Shown here in pieces: positions 1 through 14,922 of a stretch of 64,000 nucleotides of DNA. The position numbers were made by a program, and so were the translations under genes. Source of the stretch: Balanoglossus misakiensis (taxonomy: Eukaryota > Animalia > Hemichordata); contig CM082583.2 of the NCBI GenBank assembly GCA_040954595.2, positions 8,120,849 through 8,184,848 of the forward strand, in the 5' to 3' direction. The notes under the pieces are model-generated. The model worked only from the letters and a program-made list of their open reading frames with translations, ran no database searches and was not told the DNA's origin. Position 1 is the stretch's first letter; every line of letters starts with the position of its first letter.

Positions 1-3000
1 ATGCATCAACATTCCGACACCTGAAACAAGCCAAAACAAGCCCAACTACACAGAGATGTGTCGCCTTCTCCATTAAGAACCTTACAATGGGAGCCCTCAT
101 TGTGATTCCACTAATGAGCACTCAATTAGCGCTCAGTTACCGTGGATACTGGAAAGTGAATTTCAGTTATGACAAGGACAACATTGTAGTTGACTGTCCT
201 GACTCTACCCCTTGTTTGTTTGCTTTGCTAATCCAACAGCAAACAAGACCATTCACCTCTTTACTTGCCCTTAATGATTATTTAATCCACTAGCAAACAA
301 ACGATCATTCAGAAGTACAGTTTTCTTCAGGTGATTAGGTAATCCAGTTGCAAACACAAGAAGAAGAAAAAAAACGGTCAAATTTTCCACGGTGACTATG
401 AAACTGCCACGAAGGAATGTACCATTTTTTGGCAGGTTAGAAAAGTTTGCATACAGAGACACATGTACTATGTAAGGCAGTGTGTATTGCCATTGCCAAA
501 TAATGCTCTGCGCCAATAGTAAACATTCAGTTGTAAGATGAATGGGTCTGTTTAAGAATGTTGGAGCGTTCTTCGTCAATGAAGCTGTCAATGGCATTAC
601 TGGTACACATATGTTTTCCACACAAACAGGTTGCTGTACATTGTGTCTATTTTGTCTAAAAATTCAAGAAATCCATGATGACTTTAAACACAGATGTGTG
701 TAAAAAAGTTTGACTGGAGCAGGTTACTGTCCATTGAACCTGGGGTGGCCCGTTATGTTATTGGAGAGCGGACAGACATTCCTAAAATGTCTTTGTAAGA
801 ATTAACTTAGCTGGACTGCATGTCCACAGTACATGTCAGATCATGTCATTATTACGACCTGACCAGCAGACAAATTTATCAATACATGTATCTACAGGGG
901 GTACTAGTAATCTAGTTCATCTGATTGATGTGTCTGCTTCTGTGAAAATTTCAAGCATTTAGCGCAAAATTTTCGAGTGAGTTAAAATTAAACCCTTGGA
1001 TTTAAAAAAGTTTGTTAAAATATACAACTTTAAAGACAGTCTGTGAAGGTCTGTCTGATTTCAGAAATTCCAGAAACACACAAAAAGTATGGTTTTAATT
1101 TGCTGTCAACACTGTCTGATGACGAAGTAGTGTATAGCAAAACCAACATGGCAACGCTGATGTTATGACACCAACTAAGCCCTCGGGCTGTTAGAAAGAG
1201 AGGGAAATTTGAAATGGGTAAAATTTCTACCGTGCACACTTGCAGTGACAAGAGCTGATAAAACATGCATTTTTTAAAACGTAAACCAGTTTACCTGAAA
1301 CGGTGGCCTTAGAAAACGCATTGGGGAAGACAGTGAATTGGACCGCCTGGTTATGCAGTGGAATGCGCTGGCTGGCGATTGATTCATCCAGCAAATCAAA
1401 CATAACTGTACTTTTTGAATTAATCCGTACATAAACAATACATGTGGGGGGACCATTGTCACCGGGAGTGCAGCTGCCATGAATGGGGGCCACCCCACTC
1501 CAATCACTGGTCGTTTTAATTTATGGAGGGACACTGACTTGCTCTGACCTTTTGTGGCGGCATGAATGAACCGCGCTGCTGGTATTGATTTGGCTTTCAG
1601 CGATGAACCAAGAGACGGGGGACCTGGGGACACGCAACACTCAGTCTGTCGTGACCACGTTTTATGTCGGTGACAAATTGTTACTTTTTAGAACAGCCCT
1701 GTAGGACGGAACAGTGACGCCATCCTTTTGTCAAACTGCCAGTTTGTGAGATGGGGACAAAAATTAAGTAAAATGAATGGTCTGTCATCTGACTGCTGGT
1801 GGTTGAGAAATCAAGTTGTCCTCTGAATAAACAAAATCGTGAAATGCACTACAAGTGTTTGATTTTACGCAAATTTCCGTCTCAAAATTGAGCAGACGTC
1901 CTACCTGATGTACTGACAGCAGCTTCTTGCTCCTTGACCATACAGCTACTGCTTAAAATCGCAACGATCACCACTGCTAGATTTCTGGATTTGTCAACGT
2001 CTCTACAACTGCCAAATTATCAGTGATCTGGAACCAAACAACAACAACACGTTTGTCACTTTCATTTTCTGTCGCAGGAAACCGATACTTTTGAAAACAT
2101 GCAGAGAAATCTTTAGCCACTGAGTGAACAAAACTCACTTTGCTCAGTGGAGATTTCTTCTCTCAAGTCAGGTAACATACACCCCCATGTTTAGCTCACA
2201 CTTGGTGATTATTGGATAATTATTTCAGATTACACTTCAATTGTAATGAACCCTAATAAATTCATAATGATACCCCCCCCCCCCCACTTCTTTGCTTATT
2301 TTACATACCAGGTATCAACGGAAATCAACAATGCAACCTGAGCTGGCAAATCACAAGCCAGCTACCATTAGTATTAGCCAGCTACCATTCACGTCCTTGT
2401 GCTGTATTCAGAGACATGTAACCAAATAAGCCTGCGCCTTGGGATTTACTACATGTAACAATTGAACACTTACTGACCCAGAACAATTAACATAGAATTG
2501 GGCAGATCAGCATAGAGGGACTCCGTTCTCTTTGAGAGAGGGGTATCTCAACTCCAATTAATGTATTTGTAGCAAAGTTGTTTCTCCTACAACAATTTCA
2601 ACTTGTCAGTATTAAAGTTTGCGCAACATGTTCAAATGGTATCTTGTGATACAGAAATCTCAAAATCTGAGTTGTGCCGTCTCCGTCCAAGATACTTTAT
2701 AATTTGTCCTAATTTGCATGGGCTTTCAAAAATATGCCACTGCCAAATACAACCACTCAGGAAAAATCCTTGATTTGAAGTAAAATTTTGAGACGGTCCC
2801 TTAAGAAAAGGGTCACAATCCTCAGGGATAGCGTGGTTTCTCACACAACTTATAAGGTTGCCAAAACTGTCCCCCCAAAACAGAAACACAACACCCAGTG
2901 AAAGAATACTACACCGCCAAGGAGGCTAATCTCTCCCAACAGCAAAAGACCCGACTGTGTTTAGCAAATATTGCCGGAGACACAATGCATGGGGACTTGG

Positions 3001-5958
3001 GCGGTTTGTTGTTGTTTTCCATCAATGTAACAGACTTCTGACTCAAACATTTGTGGCTTGGTGTGGGTGGGGATTTAGTTCACGCACAGCCCCAAGAATA
3101 TGCAGTTTTTCCTTCACCAAATTAACCATGTTTACAAACATTACAAAAGATTCTGAAGACATCAAAAATGAATGCATCAGTTCCATAATGTTTTTCATCA
3201 TCAACTTCATATAACTTCAAGTTCAGTCAACATAAACTTAACCAAGGACACATTACTAAACCATTCCTCTTCAACTGAAAAAAAAAGAACTCAACGTGAC
3301 CCACTCGTGAGTACTGATGACTAATATGATTGTAGTAATCAGATTCACATTAAGCGTGTTTTGCAAACAATCCCGATAAATAAAACAATGATTTATGTAC
3401 TTCAAGTTCAGTTCATCAGAAACCCTGTGCAAACATGGCGATACATGTAACCAATGTACCAAGTACTTCTGCTACATATACATCAGTGGCATCACTAAAA
3501 CAACAATGTCTTTACACTGTCCTGTTACACAAACCTAACTAAAAAATCAAATCTGGCTACCGGTAATCTCTGCGGTGGCAACTTAAAATTTAAAAAAATG
3601 TTCCATTTGTGACATGACCCAACATGTCATGTTTACCTTTTTAATCTTTCTTTATATGTACTATGTAGAAATCTAAATTTGAATTTAACAGAAATTTGAA
3701 TCATAAACTATGATGTATTTTGAAATGTACTCGGAACACATAGAATTAAATTTCATCTGTGATATTCAAATTTTGACTAACAATGTGTCAATAGCGAATG
3801 TGCCAGTAAAATGCATCACAATTCAAAGAGCGTAATTGGTTCGTGACCTGCCACGCACAATCCTACCGTGTTGGCAACGTGTTCCGGATGCAGCTACGTT
3901 TATATCTGTGTAATCCTCTGCATACTTACTATCCACTTGGATTTGACATTATTGCACATCCTAAGAGCGACACGCGGCACGCGACATCTGCACTTCAACG
4001 TCGCGGGGCGTAGGGTCAAAGGGCAACACTGGGCACCAGTTATTCCGCGCAAATCGGTGGAAAATACGCATTTTCCCATGCGAAACGTCACTGCAAGACT
4101 TCCATTTTTCTGTGACAGTCCCGTTGTCAGTAATTGGTAGAAAAACATCAAGAAAATCCTCTACTTGCGGGAACACGTGGATGAATTTGCATATTTGTTC
4201 AGGACGCGTTCCCCGACATCACAACGCAAAATTTATCGGTTGTCACTGCAGCAGAACCAATCAGATTCGGGCATTTCAAATCCCAGACAAAATAGCAAAG
4301 AAACTGAATGGCCTTAGGTTTAACTGGATATAAAAAGGATTATAAGGATTATTTTGTGAACTTGACAAGGCAGACAAGTGTTACCATATGGCTCACACGT
4401 GTGAGAAACTCAAAAATGCCCCCCCCCCCCATCCCATAACAGTTTACAGTTATCTGGTTTAACTGCTATTTTTTTATACAGTCACACCCTTGACAATAGA
4501 ACTTAGAAATCTATCAACTTTAATTGTTTTTAAGACACACACAATACCTGTATTCTCTGCAGTATACAATAAAAAATAAACTATTACTAGTAAACCTAAT
4601 CAAATTTTAACTGCTGATATGAAAACTAGGATTTCAGGAATTCTCACAGATATCAAAGAAAGCCCAGGTCTTACCGTAACAATTGTCCTGACACTATCAG
4701 CGCGCAGCCTTACCTGCAAAATATCATCACCCTTGAGTTTCAAACGGTTTTTAATGCGATACAATTTGCCAGCAGGGTGTGTGCACACTTGTAGGTGACC
4801 GTCAACCCCTGGCCACACAGTACGACTAATCCATCAGTAAACAACAACACAAGTATTTGTTGGTAGTGTTTTGGACAGGTTAATCCCTCTCACAACAAAA
4901 CTGCGGGACACACAGTTTGCAGACGCAGTTTGCAGACAACGCCGACAGAAAAACAGCCTGCCATACGGCAATAATTTTGAAAATAAATATGTTGCACTTT
5001 GTCGGGGCAGAGATAACGGTAATTTCAGCGTGATAGGAACACCGATCTGTAAGGAGACTTTGATGGACGATAAGTTACTTCAAAGGTGGAGGACAAAACG
5101 ACAGCTACTCACTGCCGACTGTTTGATAAAAAAAATTGTTTGAAAAGGATTATACCACTCCAGTGATTGGGAAAAAAATAGTATACAAACTTGCAAATCA
5201 TTTACACAGAACCTTGTGAGTGCAATTAGACCTGGCATAATCCCAAAAAAACATCAGCAAAGCCCACTGTATGAATATGGAGGCTTTTTTTTCCCCGATA
5301 TCATAAAACAATCACTTGTATACACAGGAGGCCAAAGCAAATTATTATTTTCAAATGCTGTTCTAAGCCACCGATAGTGTTTTTTTTTCAGAACACAACT
5401 AGACCCTACGAAAATTTAATTCAATTTCTTACCTTCATATAACTATGTTTTCAATCCACCGACCATTCCAAGGGAGATATTTCTTGTATCGCAACTCGAG
5501 GTAGCTGCGTTCAAATATCCAGCCAGCCAAGCAGTCAGCCTATGACTGGCAACACACTGCAAATCAATACGTTCAAAAAAATCAATCGCAGGAAGAAAAA
5601 GATTCATTAGGTAGAACAAAAGCCCTGAGCTCCTTGAAAACATTTGAAGACACTTCAAGTTTCCATCAAGCAAAAATAACGTGATTATTCTGTGATTGTT
5701 GATGGTTACAAGAGACGCTAGTGTATGCGTTCAAGACCTACACACGCATCTAATGTTTTTGATGCATGATAGTGGTGGAAATTCAGTAAAAACTCAGCAC
5801 AAAGCTAAGTGCTTAGTAAGTTACACCTTTTTAACAGTAATCCCTTAACATGTGGCAGTTAATCCCTTCTTGAAAGAAAACCAATAAAGTTACAGAAACA
5901 AAACTGTTTGTTCCTTCTAAGTCTAAGCTGATAATTACTCGGTGGATTTCAAACTCAC

Positions 5959-6130
5959 CATGAGTTTTTAGGGGAAAGAACTGATGCTCCTTTTGGTTCA
6001 AGTCTTGATGTTTGAGTTCAGCTTGATGTCATACTCCTTGGGGCGAGTCTTGCCTTGGATTCAATTCAGTTTTTCCGAACGTTAAAATTGTCTACGCGGC
6101 AAGTTTCAGCTGGTCTGCCTCATTGGCTCT
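5959..6130 (-). other. Probable internal 5'UTR exon, ending in ATG, of an unidentified minus-strand gene that continues left of the window
   Basis: Minus strand: TTAAC branch-like motif, pyrimidine tract tttctttccctctctag acceptor, and donor ATG|GTGAGT at 5958. All three frames contain stops, so it is non-coding except possibly for the terminal ATG. Confidence 0.45.
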
Positions 6131-8400
6131 CTAGAGAGGGAAAGAAATACTGGTTAAAAAAATCCTCTTAATGTTATGAAAACCGTTTATAAAGCTGCTT
6201 TCTTCCTGTGTAATTCCAATTTATCACGGTTTGGTGACTCTTGTCAAATAAGAAAGAAACCGCTACAAAATGCCTTCTCCTATTAAATTAACGAAATTAA
6301 TGATAGTGGTTATCCCTGTAATCTAACTTAAAGACAGGGACCGCTAAATTCTGGAGAAAAAAAAACATTTGAGGGAATTTTAAGAACACTGCAATCACAT
6401 ACCTGTGCTTTATATAAAAACCCTCGCTATTGACTGAGACAGAAAACCTGACAATAATGGGCTTTGAAATGGCCAGTTTGATTCGACAACTCGTTATCTC
6501 ATTAACTCTGTGTATGAAGCCAGTTCGGTTATCGACCGACAATGGCGACCTGTCTGCTGCATTGTTCGGTGGAGAGCTGATTTTGAATGGTGTTGATGCC
6601 CCCCGACAGACTCCAATTCTCCAACCGACAAAAATCCAATTTCTTCGCTCGCAATAGTTTGGGGTTCGGGCATTCTGCGATATCAATGCACCTAATCAAC
6701 TTTGACACAATGCGGTGATCAGAGGGATTCATAGTAAAACCAAGGCCACGTAGCACTCATTTTATTTTAGTTCATCTATCATAACTTGTCACAATAAACG
6801 CAGGTTTCACAATAAAATGTGAACACCATCATAACGCTATTTTCATGTACGTGTAGTACTGCAACTCACTGTCAGTTACTGACCACCAAGGTCTACTATT
6901 AACCAACCGTAATTACTTTATTTAAACTGCAATCAATCATAATTATCACGCATTTATGTACTTGTCAGAGAGCACCACCACTGCACCAAATCGTGGGTGA
7001 TATTGCTTCAAAACTGATTTCTGCCACTGAGGGCGCACTAAATGATCATACCACCAGGACCCATGGCAACCGGGCAACTGCATGTGGCCATCAAATCATG
7101 CCAAATAAACCCAAGTAGCTATGTATTTAGAGGCCTGTTTCGCTGGTACTGTGAGCACAGAGATACAGGTCAGCATCCCAGCTCAATAACACATAGCCTA
7201 CAAGTCCCTTGGTTGTGTGTGACACTTATCATACAGTAGTCCCTCTATTATAAAGGTTATAGAGGGGCTGTGCTCCACCACACAAAACCAAGAGAGTTGG
7301 AGGGCTACAGATCCACAGCATCATCAAATTCAACAGAGCTTGAGACTTTATACCAGTCCCTCCACCAAGTACCAACTTCAGGGCCTTTTATAGTACCACA
7401 ATCCCTCCATCGACTACCCATGACCCACTCCACTGATCTCAGGTCGATATCAGCCATCACAGTTTGTTTGTTTTGTGTATATTAAACGACATTGTCTTTG
7501 TTTGCAACATACATCAATGCACAACAATACAGCAGTCACTGAAGGATGGTCCACCCATTGTTTTGCATGGGTGAAGATTACATAACATTGGCAATATTTC
7601 ATGGGCCTACGAATACTGTGACGTGGTCCACTGGAAAATTTTGTAGGAAACGTTAATGGGATGGCTCGGTTGAAAAATCAAACTTTGTGCCAACGCATAT
7701 GCTTGCAGTAAACCCTGATCATGCTCTGGTCGGTCGCTAATCCAACACATGCATCAACAAGATTTGTACAACAACAGGGGCAAACTTATTAGCCTGAACA
7801 AAGTTATTGTTTAACCAAACGACTGGCCGATCGACCGTTTTATTTTTGTCCGTTCGTGCCAAAACATTTCTGTGTGTTTTCGTGGCTTCTTGTCCAGCGA
7901 TCGACACACAAGAAAGCTCTTTTACAAGAACTATGTAATCATTTTTGATCAGGTGTTCATAGCAGAATTCTAGTGGAACTGAGCGATAATGATATTGACA
8001 CTTGTTCGCACAGGTCGTGACAGCTTTATTGCTCGTGTACGCGTGCTGCTCATGCGATTCCAAATAATCTAGGAGGAAAACTCGATACGAATGTCGGAAA
8101 ATGCAGTCGTTTCGACCATGAAAGTCCGTTTAAACTGACGAAAGTGTCTCGATGAACTAAATGAACGTTTCCCCCGAACCGCTACAAAAACGTTGCGTGG
8201 CAATGATGGTCACATTTCAATGTTGACATCGCCTCCCCCGGCCAACCCGATTCATTCGATTACATTGTCTACAATGCACTCCAAAACGCCGGGGAAATAT
8301 CGAAAGTGGGTTCCCGCAGCTGTGCGAAACATCAACAGGCAAATAGGGTATACATATTCATAACAATGTCAAAGCGAGTTTCAGTAATCAGGTGACCTAC

Positions 8401-8504
8401 CACACCATATTCGGCTCCGAAAACACGAAACCATCATATTCATCCGCCCATAGATTTCAAAGATGGCGCTATTGAAGTCAACAGACCCTATCACGCATGC
8501 GTGA
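8401..8504 (-). promoter_or_regulatory. Probable promoter/first non-coding exon of the same minus-strand gene
   Basis: Minus donor GTG|GTAGGT at 8400; YY1-type AAGATGGCG at 8460-8468; 14-bp palindrome TCACGCATGCGTGA (NRF1-like) at 8491-8504; CpG-rich surroundings. Confidence 0.4.
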
Positions 8505-8680
8505 ATTGTGATACTGATTTTGCGCCTCGAGAATCTTTCTTATATCTTTATCTACACAAGTTACCGTAAGAATGTGATCTTCAGAATCACATTTGCTTGT
8601 GAAGTTGTGGACGTGTGGGCTCCAAGTCGAGCTATGCGCGCGTTCGACATAAAAAAAAAACAGTCAAACTATCTTCGCGT

Positions 8681-8698
8681 ACACTGGCGCCCTCTACA
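8681..8698 (-). promoter_or_regulatory. CTCF-like site
   Basis: Minus strand reads CTTGTAGAGGGCGCCAGT, matching the TAGRKGGCGC half of the CTCF core. Confidence 0.35.
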
Positions 8699-11600
8699 AG
8701 GTGTCGGAATCGTTATCTTTGTTTCTCATAATCAAATTACACTGTGCACGTTCAAAATCACTACCACAAAGGTGACAATTATCATGATAAAATCACAGTT
8801 CTTCGCATTTTTGGGATTGAACAACGTCATTGATTAAAGGGAAGGCGACTCTCACTTTAACCACTCTAACCGGGGCATGCACCAGTACCAACATGCGCCC
8901 ATTAGAGTTTGCTACCAAGCCACAAACTTTGGTTTCGAATGAGACATGTCGTAGAATTTTTAAGAAGAATTTGTGAGGAAAATTGATGTAAAAGAAGTCG
9001 CTCTTTTGTGGGTTAGAAGAGCACAAATAGGATTAAAGTGCAATCTGAGAATGGACAGCAAGGAGTACTACATTATAGTTTTAAAAGACATAAGCGGGCG
9101 GTACAAGGTCTTATGCGAAGGAAAAACGCAACCAAAAACACTGTGTGAAATCTAAGATTCAAAAATCACCTGCATATAGGAAAAACGCTAGAATATGTGC
9201 ACATTTTGTTTGGACAACGAAAAACTATTTGATAAAGAATCTCTTACTCTGCGAGAAATCAAATTTACCTTGTTATCTCTGTCTGGTTCCAATTGGTGAT
9301 GCCGTGATGTCGGGAGTCGCAGAGGTACTTCAGGCGTCAGTTCTGTGGCGCGGTGAGTATAGTCCGGAAATATACCGACCATTAACACCAGCCAGGCTCA
9401 TTCACAACCATCGAAACACGTCTATGAAAATGAATTGAAGATGTAGATGTCTCAACGGATATACGCAACAACTTCAACGGTCAAACGAAATCGCCGCCAC
9501 ACGGTAACAATATATCACCCAGCTGTCATTCTCAGCTCACTGAATTTGTCATGGCAAATTTACGGAACCAGGATAACAAGAAACGAAGACTCGGACATCA
9601 TTTGGTGAAAACGCTGAATTCAAGGTTATGCATCAAATCTAATTCAATTGCCTAAAATAACATTTGTCAATGCAATCAAAATTAAGACCTCGGACAGTTG
9701 AAGTATGTAATTACATGATGGCGTTAGATTACTCTCAAACTCACATTTACCTTACTGCTCAAGAACGCTGCTTCAGCGACAGTGGGAACGATTACAATAT
9801 TGGCGCCTTGGGACAATTTCGGATGAGAATTTCAAACGGTCAAAATTACCACGGCAACTCTAAATATTTGACTTCGCAGATACCAGAACGGCGTCCATAG
9901 GAATGTTGATTGAAACGTCTTCATCTGAACATGTTAGCAAAATGACATCTCTATTTAGAGCCAATTATTATCAACCATTCCAACGCAAATCGTGCTCAGC
10001 TATATCGATGGTAAGTTCAGCAACCATGCAGTAATCAAGAACAAACGAAACCGGATAAGAACGCAGAAAGCGATCCTAAATGTGTGAATGCTTCCTACGT
10101 GATACTCTACAATAAAATAGGCGCGAAGTTCATACCCTCGACGGTTAGCCAGAGAAACAGTTAGATTGCCGAAGGCGACGTCTTTGTGGTAGTTTTTGCT
10201 TGTTATTTTGTCCAAAAATCGATTTACAGCACCCGCGTCAATCAATCTTTAGTGGTTTGGCCCCTTTCGCTAATGATACTTACCAACCTGACAAAATAAA
10301 GAAAGTATTCTATATTCAAAACAGATTATGGCATTTTAGATAGCAACGCAACGCCCCTATTCAAACTATTACATACAATTAGTTTGGACACTGCTCTGTT
10401 AAAATGCTATAAATCTAATTTTTATTGTCAAGGAGGTCTATACAAAGATTCCATTACTCGGGGAAACAAATAAACCTCTGGTAAATTTGACAACGATTTT
10501 AGTCAGTTTGAAATACACTTCTGAATGAAAGTGTCTACAGAAGGATGACTCACAAGTCTTCATATATTCCGCCAGACTCAGAGAATGTGAACAAAACGAA
10601 TTACAGTGAGTCAATTGAAACTGTTGCTCAATTACTGACTCCGGCTCAAAGGGATTTTGGCCAATTTCACACTGCCTGTTCAAATATTGATATTTTACGG
10701 GGAGATGATGATTTCTTTCATGCGAGAAAGCCCGTCAATTTGTGCAATGAATGAATTCCAAAGAAGATGGATTACTGTCGCATTAATATGTCAGTTTACA
10801 AGACAACAAGTTAATCTAGTGGAAAAGGTGGTTAACGATTGGTATGAAACCCACACAAGAGTTATTGATCACCGAGACCATTTTGTGGAGTGGGGAATAA
10901 TCTGTTCAAATGTCCGTTGGTCCATCGAGTTTTATGTCATCAACGAATACTAAGAATTATAAATATTGCAAAATTAGAAGGCTTTTTTAAACAGGGACCC
11001 AGTAAGTTTGCTTTGCCTTAGCCAATGTACAGATTGTCTTCAGTTCTATTGACCGTCTCATATTGCAAACCTGAATTTGCTCTATAAGCCAATTACCGTA
11101 GTAGTAGTTGAGTTGTGCGACGTAATGTATCTCTAGAAAGACAAAATTGCTTTGATTATCTAAAATTAATATTTATTTCATTAAAACACCGGCCCAGCTT
11201 CTTTTACTTAGTGAACTTTTCGTGTGCGTCGTTTACAAATGAGTGTGAGGTGGCAAGTGCTTGATTCAGCGTGTAAACCGTCACTGACTGATCGGATCTG
11301 ACTTGAACGAATTCTCAGATTGTGTGTCGTTAATTGTGAGTTTTGTTGCTTTGATATTCACTATGATTATTGTGGAAACAACCAACTGTTAGAAATAACT
11401 CGAAACGGCGATGTAGACAGTTAAAAGCTGGTTTTGTCACCGATGTGTCAGACTGCGGCGCGGCCCTGGAATGCGTGTCACGGAAGGTGTTAAGCTGCCT
11501 ATTGTCTGCTCTTCATGTAAATGAAGGGAGGTGCGAGACAGGGCAAACGGAAAACAACGACCGCCCGCCAAAGTAAAAACGTGTGAATTGCTTTACCCAG

Positions 11601-14600
11601 TCCTGTTAATTGTTGTATTTGTTGCGTAAACAACAATGTAGATTCAGTGTCAAGTTCAAAAACAGAGTCATCGGCACCTATTAACCGTTGGTTTGCTACT
11701 GTCAACACGAGAAAGTTGCTGTCGATTGAATGATGAGCTTTCAAACGTCCACGGGCACAGAATAAGGTCGTCTGTCATACATATTAGCGATTTTTGTTCC
11801 ATTTAACGATGTCCTCCATCTAGGAAATATGGGTTAAATATTACCGATTCCTAACCGAATTTTAACCCGTCAAATCAAACGAAAAATTGTCAATATGAAA
11901 CAGTATCTTACAAAGTCGGGAGTTTGAAAGAAAACGTCATGGCGGGGAAGTTGCCGGTTTTGCAAAATTATTGGCCTTGGTTCCACTAGGACGATCTGAC
12001 AATGCACACAACTTTGCCTGTGTGAAATTGTAACTACTATTTCAGGCTTTGCATTTCGTATAATGAAATCAAGAAAGTAACGTTGAAAACAGACGAAGTC
12101 GTTCTTATAGTTCTTGAACGTATGTATGCACCGACTCCCTTCCCACAAGAGGAAAAAACAAGATGGCGGCCGCCCCAAAGAATTAGTCCATCGATGAAAT
12201 TACTGAACTGGTTCGTTATATCTTTCCAAGAAATATATGTCGCTTTAATGTCGCCAAACATTTAATAACATTTATGTTTTATTGATTTTTATTTTTTTTC
12301 AATAACGTGACCCCAAACTTCAGTTAACCCGATCCTTCTGCCGCGGTGGGAAATTTTCCGTCAACTGCACAACGCCTCATTGCACTTGCCTTACGAATAA
12401 TAAGCACTCCCACGCCAATGGGGTATTACCCACGTTTTAATTTGTGAACTCAAAAACCGTTCATACAAAATACATTGAAACTGACTGAGTCTTTATATGA
12501 CCTGTCACATAACCGGGTTATCGCATATCTATTGCGAAAACATTTTCCATTTGTAAGTTTATCGAGTGTCGCAGTCAAACGCCGATTTTCTGTTCCGCGG
12601 AGGAGTTTCTGACTGTGTGTCAAAAGTATAAACGAAGTGCCCATCAAGCGCACTTATCCACAGAAAGTTTGGTATAATTGCAGGATACTTCATACTTTCT
12701 CTGTTTATTCATATCATGGCTAAGTTTGTTTTGTGTACAGCTATCAATGATGCAAGCTAGACAACATGGGGAGGTGCCAAAATTTACAAACCTACAACCC
12801 TTACACATATTTTTGTCTGGGATCGTATTAGTTGTGAAAAACATAAGGTACGAAGCTGGGTTAGTATTTCAATTAAAGTTAATAGACTGACGTCGTGCTC
12901 CCGATCGAAATGATCCTATAGTCCCGCCTGTCGTCATGCATACATAAATAATTATAAACATAAACAGCCGTGAATTTGTAGAAACAAATAATCCTACACA
13001 AGTTGAAACACGCGAGTTTCGATACAAGTAAAGTGTCCCACCCTCTCCATTCTCAGTGATTGATATGACGAGAAATTTAAAGTCTCCTTAGCAGATCCAG
13101 ATTAACCTCAATTGTAAGCTTACCTGTTCTGTTTTTAGTTCGTCATCTTCTTCCCAAAATTGGCAAACGTCACACGGTAAATTCCTTCGTCAAGGTGTGA
13201 TCCATGGTAGCATCAAATAACTGTAAGACATCGGTGCACAATAATGATTGATAGTATTCCAATAGTATTGAGGCATGTTGGTGAATAGATGTGTATTTAC
13301 TTACAAACAGCAGAGTGCGAGTTAGAATTCTAATAAGGAAACAGCGCATGGGCAGTCGGGCAACAGGTGAGGGGCGACGCGATTGGACACCCGATCTACT
13401 ATCATTGCTTTGAATGACATTATGGACAAGTACAGGGTGCACAATAAGCTTTACCTGGCAAAGCCTCGAGCTACAGTATACATACTGCATTGGAGTGTGG
13501 TCTTTCCGTCAACATAGTGCGACTGAGAAAACGTTGACTTATACTGCAAACGGTCGAAAGGCAAATTAGCGAATGTACCAAGAAAATGAATTTCCACATG
13601 TAGAAGCAAAAGTGAAAATGATGCTTTTTTATAGGGATATACTGATGTTCATTGCCAAATAAATATCCATCAAAATGAATGAATGAATGAATGGCTGAAT
13701 AAAAACAATTTTTATATCAAATAGCATTAAAATATGCGGTTGGTTTTCAATGAGGTGTTTGCAATAGGAAACGATGTCGATGAATACAGTAATGTCCCTC
13801 TGCAATGTACACGTACAAACTGTTACATACGGGGAATGGGGGGGGGGGGCGCTGTTTGATTTCGAAGTCAGTGCATACATGACAAGAGGATCGTTGTATA
13901 CACATTGCACTGGCTAGAATGCTTTTAGCAGCTGTTAGTACATGCAACGAAACCAAAGTTTCCAACAGACAGATAAGAAAAGAAAAACGCACATTCACAT
14001 AGAGTTGATTATTTAGTTTATTTCTCTTCTATAATAATGACATAAAATTGAGCTATAATTTTATCTATGCTATATAAATTATTTTCTGGGAGTTGCTTCT
14101 CTAAGTACGTATAAAAAAGGAACATCCAGTTTATATGGCTGTACATGTAACGTGTGATTACAGACAGAAAACATGTTGGCAATTAAAAAAATAATGCCGT
14201 TTTTGGACAATACACAATGCAGTATAAATCAGCTGAAAAAAACAAACAACCCGCATTTTTTTGCAGGAAACAGAGAAAGAACACTGTTGGTAGTGAGACA
14301 CATTAACATCAGACAAACAGTCTATGTTTACTTTTTTTTGACAAGAAAAAAAAATCTTTGACATACATCTACCCAGAAATTGTACAAATTACAATATTAT
14401 ATACAGAAATATATTCCATGTTGATTGAAAATTCTTTTCACTTTCTACAGCAGATTCATATAAAAAAATAAATGTAATGCACTGCCAATCAATCTAACTC
14501 TAGGTCTTTCATTTTCAGATCTAAAATGGCGCCACTTTTTTCTTCTCAAAGTGTTCCAATGAATTCAACACACCAGAAACTCTTTTCAACAATTACTTAT

Positions 14601-14922
14601 GACCTAATCTTACTTTCTGTTGGTACCGGCTCCGTTTTATTACACAATTTCACATTTTTAAAACTGGTCGCTTTTTCCCTTGCACTGCAGCTATGATTCT
14701 TGTTAAATGGAAGTAAAAATGTCCCATCTTAAAATATGAGGAGCTGGGGGGTTGCACTGTAAAAAAAATTGACTGCAAAGGAAATGGAGTGAGCTGATGG
14801 AACTGGGGCAATTTTGACTAAAAAGTCTGAACAAAAATGAAATAAATACACTGTGAATGGACTTGATTTTCTCTCCTCAGATTTGTCTGCAATTAACATT
14901 TAGAGTTTGGGATATTGTTGAA

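Noticed and set aside
2356-2389. Direct repeat AGCCAGCTACCATT x2
   Set aside because: Only two units; simple local duplication, not an array.
10284-10287. Possible 4-nt microexon on the minus strand (ttttgtcag|GTTG|gtaagt)
   Set aside because: No supported host gene model; it cannot be placed in a consistent reading frame.
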